A stretch of DNA of 54,230 nucleotides, the filler included, from Circinaria calcarea (taxonomy: Eukaryota), in the NCBI GenBank assembly GCA_051942165.1. It is 4 parts of 4 records of this genome, joined end to end, with 100 filler letters (N's around TTAATTAATTAA, not from the genome) between each part and the next. Parts side by side here need not be neighbours in the genome. Positions count along the whole stretch, not along the records: positions 13,600 to 27,096 come from JAVECS010000496.1; positions 27,197 to 40,667 come from JAVECS010000498.1; 2 more parts are not named here. The stretch is one strand, 5' to 3'. The notes under the pieces are model-generated. The model was not told where the DNA came from, searched no databases, and saw only the letters and a list, made by a program, of their open reading frames with translations. The position numbers and the translations under genes were made by a program. Of the stretch, positions 23,900 through 34,564 are shown piece by piece (the first letter of the stretch is position 1; each line of letters starts with the position of its first letter).

Positions 23900-25690
23900 A
23901 TGGTGAAGAAAGAGACGACTCAACTCAGCGAGTACGAATTACAGCGACAAGCCAACATTGCAGAAAGAGATGCCCTCCTAAAGCAATTGGCCCTCGATGC
24001 CGCAACAGTCGGCTTGGCACCGAAGCCAGTTGCGAGAGGTCGACCCCCAAGCAATGGAGTCAGCTCCCATAAGAAGAAAACTGTTGTAAAGCGGGTCAAA
24101 GAGGAGGTGGTGCCCCGCCGGACGTCGTCGCGCCTGGCAGGACTGACGGCAGACAGCGAGGTCGCGAAACGGAAAGCCGAGGATGACTATGTCGCGGTGC
24201 AGGAAGCAGAACGAGCAAAGAGGCAGCGGGTGTCCGGGAACCTGGACCTGAGTGACATTGTCGTGTCTGGCAAAGGTTGGAATAAGAGTGAGAACTTTCT
24301 GGTCGATGTGGTCTCCAGAGGCGCGAAACCATATGAGCGGACGTTCGGCGACACAGAGATCAGGGAGACTTCAGACAAGGAGCTGAGGGCGTTGAGGGAG
24401 AAGATGAGTGGCCTCGAACTCTACGATGGCTGGGAACCAAACAGTGAGCCGTTGACCCCCAAATGCCACAAGTTACCCGTTTTACTAAACAAACTCCAGG
24501 AATCAAAATCGTCCCCGAGCGCATCTACTCCCTCGGCTTCCACCCCACCCAAGAAAAACCACTGATCTTTGCTGGCGACAAACTCGGCAACCTTGGAATC
24601 TTCGACGCCTCCCAAACCTCTGCACCATCTCGCTCCCCTTCTCCTATAAAGCCGGAAGAAGCAGATATAGACTCCTACCTCGACTCCAATGTACCCGCTC
24701 CCGCCATCACCTCCTTCCACCTGCACACGCGTACCATCTCCTCCTTCCAATTTTCCCCTAATAACGCCTCCCACCTCTACACCTCTTCCTACGACTCCTC
24801 CCTCCGGCTGCTCGACCTCTCCGCCTCTACCTCGACAGAAATTTACGGTCCCGACGACCCTTCGGCCGATGAAGCCCTCTCCGGCGTCGAAATTGACCCC
24901 GTCTCCCCGCATGTCCTATACTTCTCCCGTCTTGATGGCTTCCTCGGCCGAACAGACACCCGCTCCCCCAAACCCCCAGACCTATTCCAACTCTCGGAGA
25001 AGAAAATCGGCGGCTTCAGCTTGCACCCGCAGTATCCGCATTTCCTCGCCACGGCCTCGCTGGACCGCTACATGCGTGTCTGGGATCTGCGCAAGATCGC
25101 GGGAAAGGGCGACGATCGGTTACCGGCGATGGTGGGCGAGCATCTCAGTCCCCTGAGCGTCAGCCACGCGGCATTCAACTCGGTCGGCCAAGTCGCGACG
25201 GCGAGCTACGACGACACGATCAAGATTCACTCGTTTGAGGGCATGGGCGCCTGGAAGCCGGGCATTTCGCTCTCGGACGAGCAGATGGAACCGAAGGTGA
25301 TTAGACATAACAACCAGACAGGTCGATGGGTAACCATGTAAGCTTACGTTTTCTCCCTCTCTCGCCCCCTAGTTCAAAAATCCCCCACTCGCCCCCTTTC
25401 TTTTACCCTCCTTCCTCCGCATCACTAACTAACCTCGGCCCCCCCTTTTCGTTGTCCTTCCACACAGCCTCCGCCCCCAATGGCAAAACCACCCACCCCA
25501 TTCCACCCCGCAACGCTTCTGCATCGGCAACATGAACCGCTTCGTCGACGTCTACGCCGGAAGCGGCGAGCAGCTGGCGCAGCTAGGCGGAGAGGCCATT
25601 ACGGCCGTGCCTGCCGTTGCGATTTTTCATCCGAGCCGGGATTGGGTCGCAGGCGGGACGGCGAGCGGGAAGTTGTGTTTGTGGATGTGA
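23900..25690 (+). CDS. CMR1: DNA damage-binding WD40 protein CMR1 (WDR76), 3 exons (23900-24443, 24500-25337, 25468-25690)
   Basis: [79 protein letters not shown]. Confidence 0.95.
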
Positions 25691-26114
25691 AGGAGGGGGG
25701 GGAAGAAGGGAAAGGTGAGAAGGTGAGAAGGGAGAAGGGAGAAGGGAGAGTATGTATGGAGGGTCTAGAAAGGGAGGAGAAGGGGATGATAAGAAAGATT
25801 TTAAGCGATTAGGGCTAGGTGACGTCCAAGGGTGTCAATACCATAGGATAGTCAGTCTGCCTTTACGGCCCGTGGTAATTTCCATTTCCATTTCGGTGCC
25901 GAGTTGTCCGTTGTTGTGCGTGATCAGATGTGGCTAATTAAACCTTGAGCAAAACGAGTTTCTAGTGGTATTGAGTGAGTGTGTGCCATTGGATATCTGA
26001 AGATGGGACCGGTAATAGGAAAGAAAACCTTTGGTTCCATTAAATCAGGAGTATTATTTTACGGCACAAGTTCCCCTTGTAGTAGTAGTAGTTACTGATA
26101 GGTAGATGCAACAT

Positions 26115-27096
26115 TTAGTCTATTTCGATAGCTTTTTCCGGTGACGCACCCGTCGCCGAACCTCCATTCATACCATGATCATTCCCGGTGGTTTGCATTG
26201 GACGGCGTGACCGACGAGCAGCATCCGATGCAACTGTCCTTGTGACTCTAGAAGAGGGCATGAGGGTTTCCCGCCGGATCGTAGTGGTCTCGATAATTCT
26301 CGTCTTCGATGTAGTGGTTTCCTCTGTTGTGGTCTCATGAGCTTCGTGGTTAGTACCGCGATTCTCTCGGCCGGTTCGGCGTGTTGAATTCTTGGTAACG
26401 TGGAAAGGAGGGCTGAAAATTAGGTGCGGAGTAGGTCGAGCAACCAATTGGACGTCCGACTCTGAGTCTGATGATATTTCAATTGTGCCCAGGGCCTCTT
26501 GTTTGCTCATGGTATGCATCCTTCTCCCCTTCACGGACGAATTCCCTTTATCTGATAAACTTAATGCACTGGGTTGCATCACCTCAACCGAAGCAGGCTT
26601 TCTCCCGATCGTCGATGGTGAAGGAGGTATGGGTACGAAAACATCATCTTCCGATACCGTAATGCTATCAACGTAAGATAACGCGGGCTGAGCCAAACTT
26701 ACATCTGGGATGTTTATAGCAGATGGGGTGTGTCTCTCTTCTTCTGGCGTTGACGGTGTGCAATCATCGATGGTAGCCTTCTCTAATTCCGAATATATCT
26801 GAGCGGTTAGCTGTTGATCCACTCCAGCATCGTTTCGCCTGAACTCGGAATCTGAACTCGCGAGCCATGCCGTCCGTAACGCCATGCCAAGAGCTAAAGC
26901 AACAGTCCTCGCCACACTATTACCCACAATTTTCCATTGTTGATTGGCGGAGCCCACAATAACTTCGTGATCTGGCTGGCCTTGTGCTCGGCGAGCTTCC
27001 AGCAGAGTCATGGCCCTGTTGGCCTCCCAATGCATCAGCCTCCCTGAATGGCGGTCTTCTGGTGTACAGCTTGCAGCAACAGTAGGCATTAGTGCA
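26115..27096 (-). CDS. rid: C-terminal part of a RID/Masc1/DmtA-type C5 cytosine methyltransferase (5' part lost in gap)
   Basis: LMPTV...C.P.D..SGRLMHW...R.MTLLEARRAQG.PD.EVIVGS..QQWKIVGNSVARTVALALG..LR.AW matches DNMT motifs IX-X in the RID subfamily form, followed by a disordered S/T-rich tail. Confidence 0.85.
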
Positions 27097-27196
27097 NNNN
27101 NNNNNNNNNNNNNNNNNNNNNNNNNNNNNNNNNNNNNNNNTTAATTAATTAANNNNNNNNNNNNNNNNNNNNNNNNNNNNNNNNNNNNNNNNNNNN
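27097..27196. other. Assembly gap spacer
   Basis: N44-TTAATTAATTAA-N44. Confidence 0.98.
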
Positions 27197-27717
27197 TGTT
27201 GCATTCCATGTGCAAGATGGTAGAGCATCTCGCCACTTAGGCGAAGTGCAAGGTGCTGCCGAGCTTGCACGAGGTATGACTTAAATCCCTCTTTCACAAA
27301 CTCCTTTGTGCTTAACATCTCTTCTCTCCTGAATGTATCTATCAAATCCATCGCGTCTTCATATGACATGCCGAGAGCCTGAGCTTTGCTTTCTCCCACC
27401 TCGTGTAGTAGATATTCTCCTAGCAGTTCGAGATAATGTCTCTCTCTGATGGTCGAACCCATGATTGAAAGATCGTAAATAAGCTCCTTGACAGCTCTGG
27501 CACAGCGTGGAGTTCTCGTCCATTGAGTGAAAACTTCAAAATCCTTTTGGAATGGCGAGAAATAGATCCGATGGAACAAGGGTGGAGTGGCCAGATCACA
27601 CCACTCCTGGCAAACGAGTCGTACATTCTTCAGATCACTCTTGTGTAACCAGCCAAAGATCATTACCAAGAGCTCGGTTGGAAGAAACACGGCCTTCGCC
27701 TTTTCAGATTGAATCAT
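27197..27717 (-). CDS. F-box protein, N-terminal part (3' part lost in gap)
   Basis: LPTELLVMIFGWLHKSDLKNVRLVCQEWCDLATPPLFHRIYFSP..AVKELIYD. Confidence 0.85.
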
Positions 27718-29331
27718 GGCAGCTCTGTTAAAGAATTAGTTCCATGTTGATCAGAGATCATGAGGTATCTCTCTTGCTTTATACACTTTGCAGCTGCCTA
27801 TCAAGTGACTATGCAACGCGATGCATTGATATGGATCACTTACTGGTTACACTCACCCTTCGCTCTCTACTCCAGTGCAAGCGGTAATCAAAGAGTGAGT
27901 GATGTTAGTCGAAAAGGAGCAAATGATGAATGTGAAATGTGCGAGGGAGGAAACTGATGGGTTTACGGTCAAGTCTAAGATAGGGGTGAAGAAGTCTAGG
28001 CCGCTGCTGCTCCAACTCCGCTGAAGTTGCTCCCTGGTAGAAAACCTCGGCAAAGGCGATATCAATCCTCTATCTAGCCTTTGGTGCGACGCGCTTCATT
28101 CCAAGCTCCGTGTGTATTTACTGTGGGAAGTCCTCCTGTAGACCCGATTAGGCTTAGCGGGCGTGCTGCTTTCTATAGCACAAAGAGCCAGCACACAGTA
28201 GCAAGTCTTTTGAACAGGCATTTTCGACACGTTCAAGTCTAATGGTATTCAAGGAGCTATGATGCCTGCAGAAGGGGCCCTCCAGCACATACTGTTGATT
28301 TCTCTGCTTTACCCACCTCGAATGAATAAAAAGAAAAAAAAGGCTGAATCTATCAAAGGCCGTTCAAGACGTCCGGACGACAGGCTACCGTATGGCCTAT
28401 ATCAATAAGACTTGTAAATCAAACTGGTTATTCCGAAGGCAAAAAGGAAGTTGCGTAACTTGAGCAGGGGATGGTGGTCCCTTGACTGCATTGTCGCAAA
28501 AAAGCGGAGGACTTCCCCGGGCTATCCGCTACAATTGAGGCAGTCGATCAAAGACCCCCCTCCCCTATTTCTCATGTAGGTACTACGTAGCTGTCTTCAG
28601 TGCTTAGAAATGACATGGTCAAGCCATACGCTATTATGGATGTGTGTCTTGTTTCTCATCTAGGTCATACTGAACCATCAAGCTTTCTATTCCTGTCTCC
28701 GTCTGGTCTTGGAGCTTGATTCCAAAAGCGGTGTGGATCGACAATGCTGCCCTTGGTGATCAGCTTTGCCACGAGGGTCCCCCCGGTGGAGGGAGAGGGG
28801 GAACAATTATATATTAGAAACTGTATTTTAGAAATGAAAACACCACACAACAAGCTTTCTATTCTGAGTCTCGTCACATGAACCGGTGACTCCAGATTAG
28901 GCCTACTGTGCTTCAGATACCCGAGTCAACGGTGGCGCATTGGTGGCTTTCATCTCCGCTTCAGCCTCGTGGAAGCCGGGGCAGAAATCATGCAGGGTAT
29001 TATTACTGTATTGGCATTGGCGGAGATTGGGTGTCTCTGGAAGTACCTCCGTATGCCCGAAATTGTTGGTGATGATCGACTCGGACACTTCTCCCTCGGG
29101 TTCCCGCGTCATGGAACCCAAATACAAGTTTTCTCGTCTTTTAGGGTTACCTTGGGCCTATGTCCGACGGGTAATCGGCCATCCAATCTTCCGAGTCCAT
29201 CTTTCTAATGTCGATATCCACTTCTGCGCGCAGGTCAATGAACCTCTGCTCCCCTTTCACCCGCCGTACGTGAGCATTGCGCAAAGTCAGGTTTTCGTCG
29301 TCGCAGTCGCAAGCAGTTGTATAGTGTCAGT

Positions 29332-30588
29332 ATGAACAATCAGCGCATGATCGCGTCGTTCCCGGCTCTCTTCAGCCTAATTCTCTTTCTCGTTTCCGGT
29401 ATTCCCTCAAGCAAAGTCGATGCCCAAGCCTGCTTTTATCCAAATGGCGACCCTTCAAAACAAGACGACAGACCGTGCTCCTCCGAGCCTGGCAGCGCCT
29501 GCTGTCCGCTCAATTGGCAATGCCTGTCCAATGGTCTCTGCTATCTCGAAAACGAGGGCTATTATGGTCGATATACTTGCACAGATCCATCGTGGGAATC
29601 CGACGGTTGTCCTGATATCTGTACCCAAGGTACGTGCTCCACATGGGATATCACGTCTCTATGGCTGGGACCGCGAGGCTAACTTTCTACACCAGACAAT
29701 ACCGCTACGGGCAACGAGGCAATCCTCAGGTGCAATGCCGACAACTACTGTTGTGATGCCAATCGTCCTACTCCTGGATGTTGTGAAACGACTGATGATC
29801 GGTTTCAGCTGCAGGAGGGAAGGGTGATAGCTTCTATAGGCAGTGACTCTCCTACAGCCGTGGCTCCAGTGATATCGTCAAATCGGCCTAGTACGGCCAC
29901 GGTTCAGCCAAGTACTTCAGCACAGCCTCTATCTGGATCTTCACAAGTCTCGAGCTTTAGCCTCCCTGTGCCCTCGACCTCCCCAACAAGCTCGACTGCA
30001 ACACCAGAACCTATATCCTCTTCAGCATCTTCTTCGTCGGCATCGGAAGCGGTGCCAAGCAGCTCAATTGTGGGCAGCACCGCTACTCAGGGAACACCAG
30101 TAGCCAGCTCGTCTCCGATCACATCAGATCTCCTCTCTTCAGGCGTTCCGTCGGTAGGGAGCTCCACCTCCCTGCCGAGTTCAACGCCCAGAACAGTTGT
30201 CCTAACCTCCATCGTTACCAACCCTTCTGGCGGTTCCAGCACCCTAACATCCAGTTTCCTTACCACCGATGCCCTTCCATCCGCTGCACCGGCTTCGACC
30301 GCGTCAACTTCTTCCGACCCCGCCTCAGCTCCTCCTTCGTCAAATAGAAATCTCGGCGCAATTATCGGTCCCGCAGTTGCCGTCCCACTTGCCGTCCTAG
30401 CACTTGCAGGCTTCGCTTTCTTCATTTGGCGGCGACACCAGAGCAAAAAGCGTGCTGCCCGAGCTATTGCAGCTGAGCAGTCCAACTATCCTTATACGGG
30501 CATGGCGGAGATGAATTCCCCAGCGAGTATTTGGATGCCTCATTCACCGGAGCGAACGGATCGGACGGCAGGGATTGAAGTGATGTGA
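29332..30588 (+). CDS. Type I membrane cell-surface protein (signal peptide, Cys-rich domain, Ser/Thr stalk, one TM), Mid2/Wsc-like; exons 29332-29629 and 29696-30588
   Basis: Signal LFSLILFLVSG..AQA; CFYPNG..PC..ACC....CLSNGLC..YGRYTCTDPSW...CPDIC|..C..NYCC..GCC; long S/T/P region; TM GAIIGPAVAVPLAVLALAGFAFFIWRRH. The C-terminus may extend into ORF 30622-30942 through a further intron. Confidence 0.8.
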
Positions 30589-32959
30589 AAGGACTAAAGG
30601 AACCTTTGATAATAGACTTTATTGCATTTTGCGGCAGAGAATGAGCGGTTTCGAATTGGGCTAGAACAGCGACCGTCAAGGTGGCAGGAGCAATACCCGG
30701 ATGCAATCATCTCCATGGAAAGACGGAAGATCAGAGGATTATTATCCATCCCTGGATACTCTCCCAGCGAGCAACTGGGAACTCAATTCCCAATTGACGC
30801 CTTGGCGCCAGTGCTCCTAGCTCCTTATAGGAACTCGCTCCCTCCTGAACTCGCCAATACGAAAGATACAGGTTCACGAGCTAACCTTACTCGTTTCTTC
30901 CCTACATTGCTCATATGCGCCGGTACAAATCCACCGGCATGAATAAAATCTGCCGCGTCGACCCTGTCAACGGAAAGCCTGGTCAGTGCCCAGTTGAATA
31001 TGGGCTGGAGGAGAGTACGATTGGAGAGCAACAATGCATCGCTCCGTGGTACAAGTTTCATACTAGCATAGTGTATTTGACCACCTGCGCGTAAAGAAGC
31101 TGAGAATCATGCCAAGATCATGGATGTGGTCTAATGTATCCCATATTGCAGACTTGGGTGAATTTCTTCCTGCGATGACATCGGACCTCTATAGGTAGTC
31201 CCTCAGAACGGCTTTGAGGTAGTTGTACAATAACTTTGATAACACCATTATAGTAGAGAGAGTAGAGAAAGAAATATACAAATCTATTCTCTTATTTTTT
31301 ATTCCAAATCCACTATGAGTCCAAACCCGTGAAAACAATCAGTTGCTGCAAATCGCACATGTGTGCTATATATTTTTTGTCATGCTCTACGCTTAAGCTT
31401 AGGGTGGGTGGCGAAACCTCGTTTAGTTGGCGACTTGGCGTATAGTGAAAACCTTTCACTCGCACACCTTTTTCTGTAATGATTAAATTCTCGCACCTAC
31501 TGCGTATAGCCATCGTATTGCTCGTGCCTCACATTACCACATACCGTAGCCATAGATACTTTTCAAGTAAAGTACTCTGCGGCCTTACAGTTTTTTTTCT
31601 TTAAAAAAAAAGAAGGGTCTGTTTACTCTTCCTATAACTATGGAATAATAGGCTCGTGGGCATATGCATACGTTGGGATGTTGAGATGTTGTTGGTGGAA
31701 AAAAAGCGCTGGAATTCATGTAGAAAATTTCTGGAGAATCAGCCTGTTTCATGCAGAAACATTCCCACAAGGGAGGAGGGTTTTGGGAAATCTTTATTTT
31801 ATTACGTTTTGCTGCTCTGTATTAAAGTGGGTAAGCTATAAACTACAGGGTATTGGAAGTTAATAGGGCTTACCGAATCAAGTGCTGTAAGGGTGCTAGG
31901 ATAAGCTAGATTTGGATAAGGGATAAAGTCACTCCGGTTATTGCACGATTACTAGGAATGTGATATTGTTTCTATTTGTTGTTTATTCCATGTATGGCTA
32001 TAAATAAGTACCATATGCTATTCTAAAGAGCGGGAATAGCCTGCCTATATATAACACTGTTCACCCCTGCTCACTCCCATGAATATATTAAGCAATATGC
32101 CTGCTCACCCTACTCACCTCCATAAGCATACGGAGCATGGTCTAAGGTTACTGGTACCCCTTTTTCCGGCGCTGACCTCCATTAGTATGGTATGGCCTGA
32201 CGCTATAATAAGGTAGAGAGCATAATGGAAACAAAAACCGAAAACCAAGAAACCGCCCCTTCCAGCCTTTGTTTTTCTTTGCCCGGCGGCGGCGGCGGCG
32301 GTGGTGGGAAATTCCTTGCCGGCGAAAAAGCACGACCGGTTTTCGTACCATATACAAGCAGGGACATAAGCAATAAATAACCCCCCCAAGGGGGCCCAGG
32401 GGCTTATGAGATCCATGATCAGGAATGAAAACTCGCAGAGACACAAAACTTGGGAAATTACAGCCCACGTAGGACAGCCAAACAGTGGGGAATTTTCGGA
32501 GGGTGTTGATCACGATGAACATGAGGGTTCCTAGAGATGGGCTTCGAGCTTGAGCTTTATAATTTCCCTGGGAAGCAAATGTGAGATGGAGAAGGAAATC
32601 AATATGAGGTGGAAATTGGATAGGGGTAGTTTCGTCAATTAGGGAAAAGGGGGACGGGAAGCGACGATGCGGGTAAGGAATCTGGGGTGGAGGTGTAGAA
32701 AAAGGGGGGGTGGAAGGAAGACAAAACACAAGGTTATTAGGGAGATTGGTTCGTGTGTTCACTCTGTTGGAGGTGGATAAGATAAGGTAAGATCGGTCTG
32801 GTTTTCAAGGAATAGGTACAAATGTCTGTCTTCGGAGCGAACTTGAGAGATACTCGTAGGGCCCCCCTTTCGCCAAAAAAAAAAAACCAAGCGGCGTGAG
32901 ATTTGTTTTACTGAGAGAAGAGCATCAAACGACGCCATGCCACTTGCTTACTCAACTCA

Positions 32960-33390
32960 AGACGATAGTCTACAGTAAGCCCACTTTCTTCATTGTCTTC
33001 ACTGTTGTCACCTGGCCATATGGCCACCACGCGTGGCCATCTATAAGATATCCAGCATATGCAGGACTTCTTGATTGGGTCTGATATGTTGACTGGATGG
33101 ATGCATATAGCCATCGACCCAAAGATAGCGGTCCTCATGGGGATTTCGAAGCGTACGATGAGCCAAATGGAGGTTTCGTGTAACAACCAAGTTCTACTTA
33201 TTCGGCGTACCATAATGAGCTCCATTAAGAAACTGCTTCCTCATGTATATCACGGGGCTTCGTAGGATGGCTTGTCGTCAAGGGATACATGGATCAGCTC
33301 GTAAAGGGACGTGAAATGTCAGGTCTGTAGCGAATAAGAGCTGGACCAAGCGTATTTTGCTCTTTGCGCGATCCAAGTCTGTGCATTAAA
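32960..33390 (-). pseudogene. Decayed HET-6-like heterokaryon incompatibility (HET domain) pseudogene
   Basis: Collinear fragments across frameshifts and stops: LDRAKSKIRLVQLL / YELIHVSLDDKPSYEAP*YT*GS / LVVTRNLHLAHRTLRNPHEDRYLWVD / AICI / NQEVLHMLDI / RVVAIWPG. Confidence 0.8.
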
Positions 33391-33703
33391 GGATAACCAT
33401 GTTCTGAAGGGCGATTTTATATCAACTCGAGAAGTTACTGGTAGTGCTAGCATCTCCATGATTGAACGAGAATTATTATATACTGGAGCTCCATATTCTG
33501 GATAATTAGTCGTTAATAACTAACCTTGTTATAATCGGTCTCTCGCATGATAAAAAAGTTGGCACGGTCGAAATTGGTGGAGCCGGTGAACGGTGGTGAT
33601 AGTATGTAGACGAAGGGATAAACCTAATCAGCCCCACCCGTACCGAGAACAACTCGCACCATACCCAAAATCCCCTCCCCCAAACACCTAAAAATAAAAA
33701 CCC

Positions 33704-33712
33704 AAAAAAAAA
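33704..33712 (-). terminator. Pol III oligo-T terminator of SRP RNA
   Basis: T9 run on the minus strand directly after the 3' arm. Confidence 0.7.
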
Positions 33713-34021
33713 GATCCAGTCACTCCAAACCAACCCCCCACCTCCCTCGACCCCATCAACACCCAACAATGTAATCCGATCCGCCATCCCACGGTGAAGG
33801 TGCCTCTGCAGAATCAACTTCCCTCAAGCGTCACCTTCCGACTTAAAGCGCCACAGACAAATATTTTCGCAGGTTACCCATGCGAGTCGGGTCACTCCCG
33901 CCGGATTCGAACTGGGCACCTGTGTGTTGTTCCAAACAACAAACGAATTTGATTTGGAGAAAGGACCAAAGGTGGATGGGGGAATTGCGGTCGGAGTTTC
34001 TGGGTTTGGACCATGACAGTT
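33713..34021 (-). ncRNA. SCR1: Signal recognition particle RNA (fungal SRP RNA), about 310 nt
   Basis: Minimal Alu hairpin ACUGUCAUGGU at the 5' end (34020-34010); helix 6 UCGCAUGG-GUAA-CCUGCGA (33885-33867); helix 8 CUU-GAGG-GAA-GUUGA-UUC-UGCA-GAG (33828-33804); 5' C-rich and 3' G-rich arms complementary; internal B box GTTCGAATCC (33912-33903). Confidence 0.85.
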
Positions 34022-34044
34022 GAAAGATTTGCCACCTAAGTTAG

Positions 34045-34053
34045 ATATATATA
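34045..34053 (-). promoter_or_regulatory. TATA element upstream of SRP RNA
   Basis: TATATATAT about 25-30 nt upstream of the predicted 5' end. Confidence 0.6.
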
Positions 34054-34564
34054 CTTCAGAAATAATGTAGTACTCTGTGCATGAGTGCAAAATTGTCGTG
34101 GCACTGAACTTTTGCTGGCTATTCAGCCCAGTCTCTTGTCCACGAACGTGATGAAGTGACTTGTCATGATTATCTTATTGAATTGTTCGGCGAGGTGTCG
34201 ACTGCTCTATCGCATTCAGCTTCAGTTCCGGGAGTAATTACGAACGCCCTCAAGTCATCCATGTGCTTTCGAAGTAGTATTTGGTTGATAGTAAGACTAA
34301 ATTATCGTGTACACGCAGTTCCAAGTCTTGTTCATCAGAGAGCATGAGCTAACACGTAGAGCAGAATTCCCTCGTTCCCCCAAGCAGGTATGCCAAAAGA
34401 GCACGGTTTGATAGTACAGCAAGTAGAAAGATCCCTCATATCCACCATCAATGCAGCCATTTCAACTGGAAGAAAAGCCTTGGCTACTGCCCTACTTCTG
34501 CTTTCACCTCCGTTCCATCAATTATCCTGGTTTTCTCTCCATGCAAATTCCCCAATTCAACCAT

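Noticed and set aside
28665..29310. Short protein-like minus-strand segments upstream of the sensor gene
   Set aside because: Could not be linked into a spliced ORF and no motif was recognised.
33895..33930. tRNA-like T-arm GTTCGAATCC
   Set aside because: No cloverleaf, D arm or acceptor stem. It is explained as the internal B box of the SRP RNA gene.
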